Positions 62,963 through 64,000 of a stretch of 64,000 bases of DNA are shown here, in pieces (the stretch's first letter is position 1; every line of letters starts with the position of its first letter). Position numbers and translations under genes: made by a program. The DNA comes from Felis catus (Eukaryota), in contig NC_058368.1 in NCBI RefSeq assembly GCF_018350175.1, forward strand, positions 200,696,001 to 200,760,000. The letters run 5' to 3'. The notes under the pieces are model-generated. The model had not been told where the DNA came from. It made no database searches and was given only the letters and a program-made list of their open reading frames with translations.

Positions 62963-64000
62963 AGACACCTACCTCACTCTAAAATGTATTAAATGTGTTA
63001 TAAATAGCATGCAGAGTAATACTGTTGTGTAATGCCATGACATGTTAACTCTTCTTTTGTGTTGGAAGTCATGGAGTAGTAGGTGTTATCTTCTAAATCC
63101 CATTAATAGCAGTTATAATATAGAGACATGACAATAGGATAAAAGTCACCTGGGATTCTGTAATGCACAATTGAAATGGGTACATTGAAGATAAAACATT
63201 AAGCTTACTTGGGAGTTTTTGTTTTTCATCATTTATTTTCCATGTCCTCATTTTAGCTATCTCCCAAGTAGAGATACTTTGGGATTTGATTGTGTTTATT
63301 AAAAACTTTGCATGATTAACCATCTGAGTTTTATATGGTGACCTCACAAAGCAGCTTAAAAATAATTTGGCTGTCTAGTTTATTTTTCTTCCTTTTTATT
63401 ATTATTTTTTTGATAGAGATATTTTCTTTATTTTTTCCTCCATTTACAGGTGCAGAATTAAAGAACACGTTCGCTCACTATATTATTGATGCACTTAAGT
63501 GGAGTGTTCCAAAGCATGTAATTACCGTGTAGGCTTATGGCCCTGAAGTAGCCGGGGATAGTGGTGCTGCATATCCATGATTTGAAGGACATACAGTGAT
63601 GATTATAGAGGCAGTACTCTACATCCATTCTAGCCCTTTTGTGTTTAGCTGGTTGTCATGGCAAATAATTGGATAGAATTTAAGCCACTTTCTTCCAAGT
63701 GGGAAATTCATAATTTTACCCTTCACCTAATTTTGTAGATACTTTTAAAGAATCTCAAAGTTTCTACAGGAATGACGTCGATCAGTGTGGGAAAAATTTT
63801 CACATACAGCGGACACCTCAGAAATTAGACATCTACTGTTTTGGGGGGTAAAGAAGTCAGTTTTCATTTGCATCAGTTTGCTTCCTTTTCTTATAACTAA
63901 GCTAGTTACTTTGAGCTTCTTTGACAAAATAAGCCCGATGTAGTTGACGTTGACAGCTTCTGAGAGAAATAGAAAAAATGGTAAAAAAAAAATTGAAATA

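Noticed and set aside
1..64000. CRISPR arrays, operons, prokaryotic defence systems, rRNA
   Set aside because: The sequence is mammalian. Repeated units are dispersed SINEs with TSDs, not regularly spaced repeat-spacer arrays, and no rRNA-like sequence was seen.

Overview
This window is AT-rich mammalian genomic DNA, almost certainly from a cat or other felid, judging by about 28 tRNA-derived Can-SINEs. Seven of these are near-identical, CpG-rich young copies of the felid type (GGGGCGCCTGGGTGGCGCAGTCGGTTAAGCGTCCGACTTCAGCCAGG...). It looks intergenic or deep-intronic, and I cannot support any cellular protein-coding gene. The ORF track is explained by L1 fragments, SINE read-through and chance. 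Main contents: one full-length but dead carnivore L1 (-, about 16357-23645) carrying three nested SINEs; a 5'-inverted, twin-primed old L1 (36721-37418); several MLT1 solo LTRs; hAT-Charlie DNA elements, including a near-perfect MER5-type palindrome; MIR and L2 relics; and many microsatellites. The unique sequence holds several motif-dense, enhancer-like blocks and a set of well-formed splice cassettes, mostly on the - strand, that hint at a spliced non-coding transcript. These are unproven. I found no convincing new biological system. Repeat family names are from memory of consensus sequences and need RepeatMasker/Dfam confirmation.
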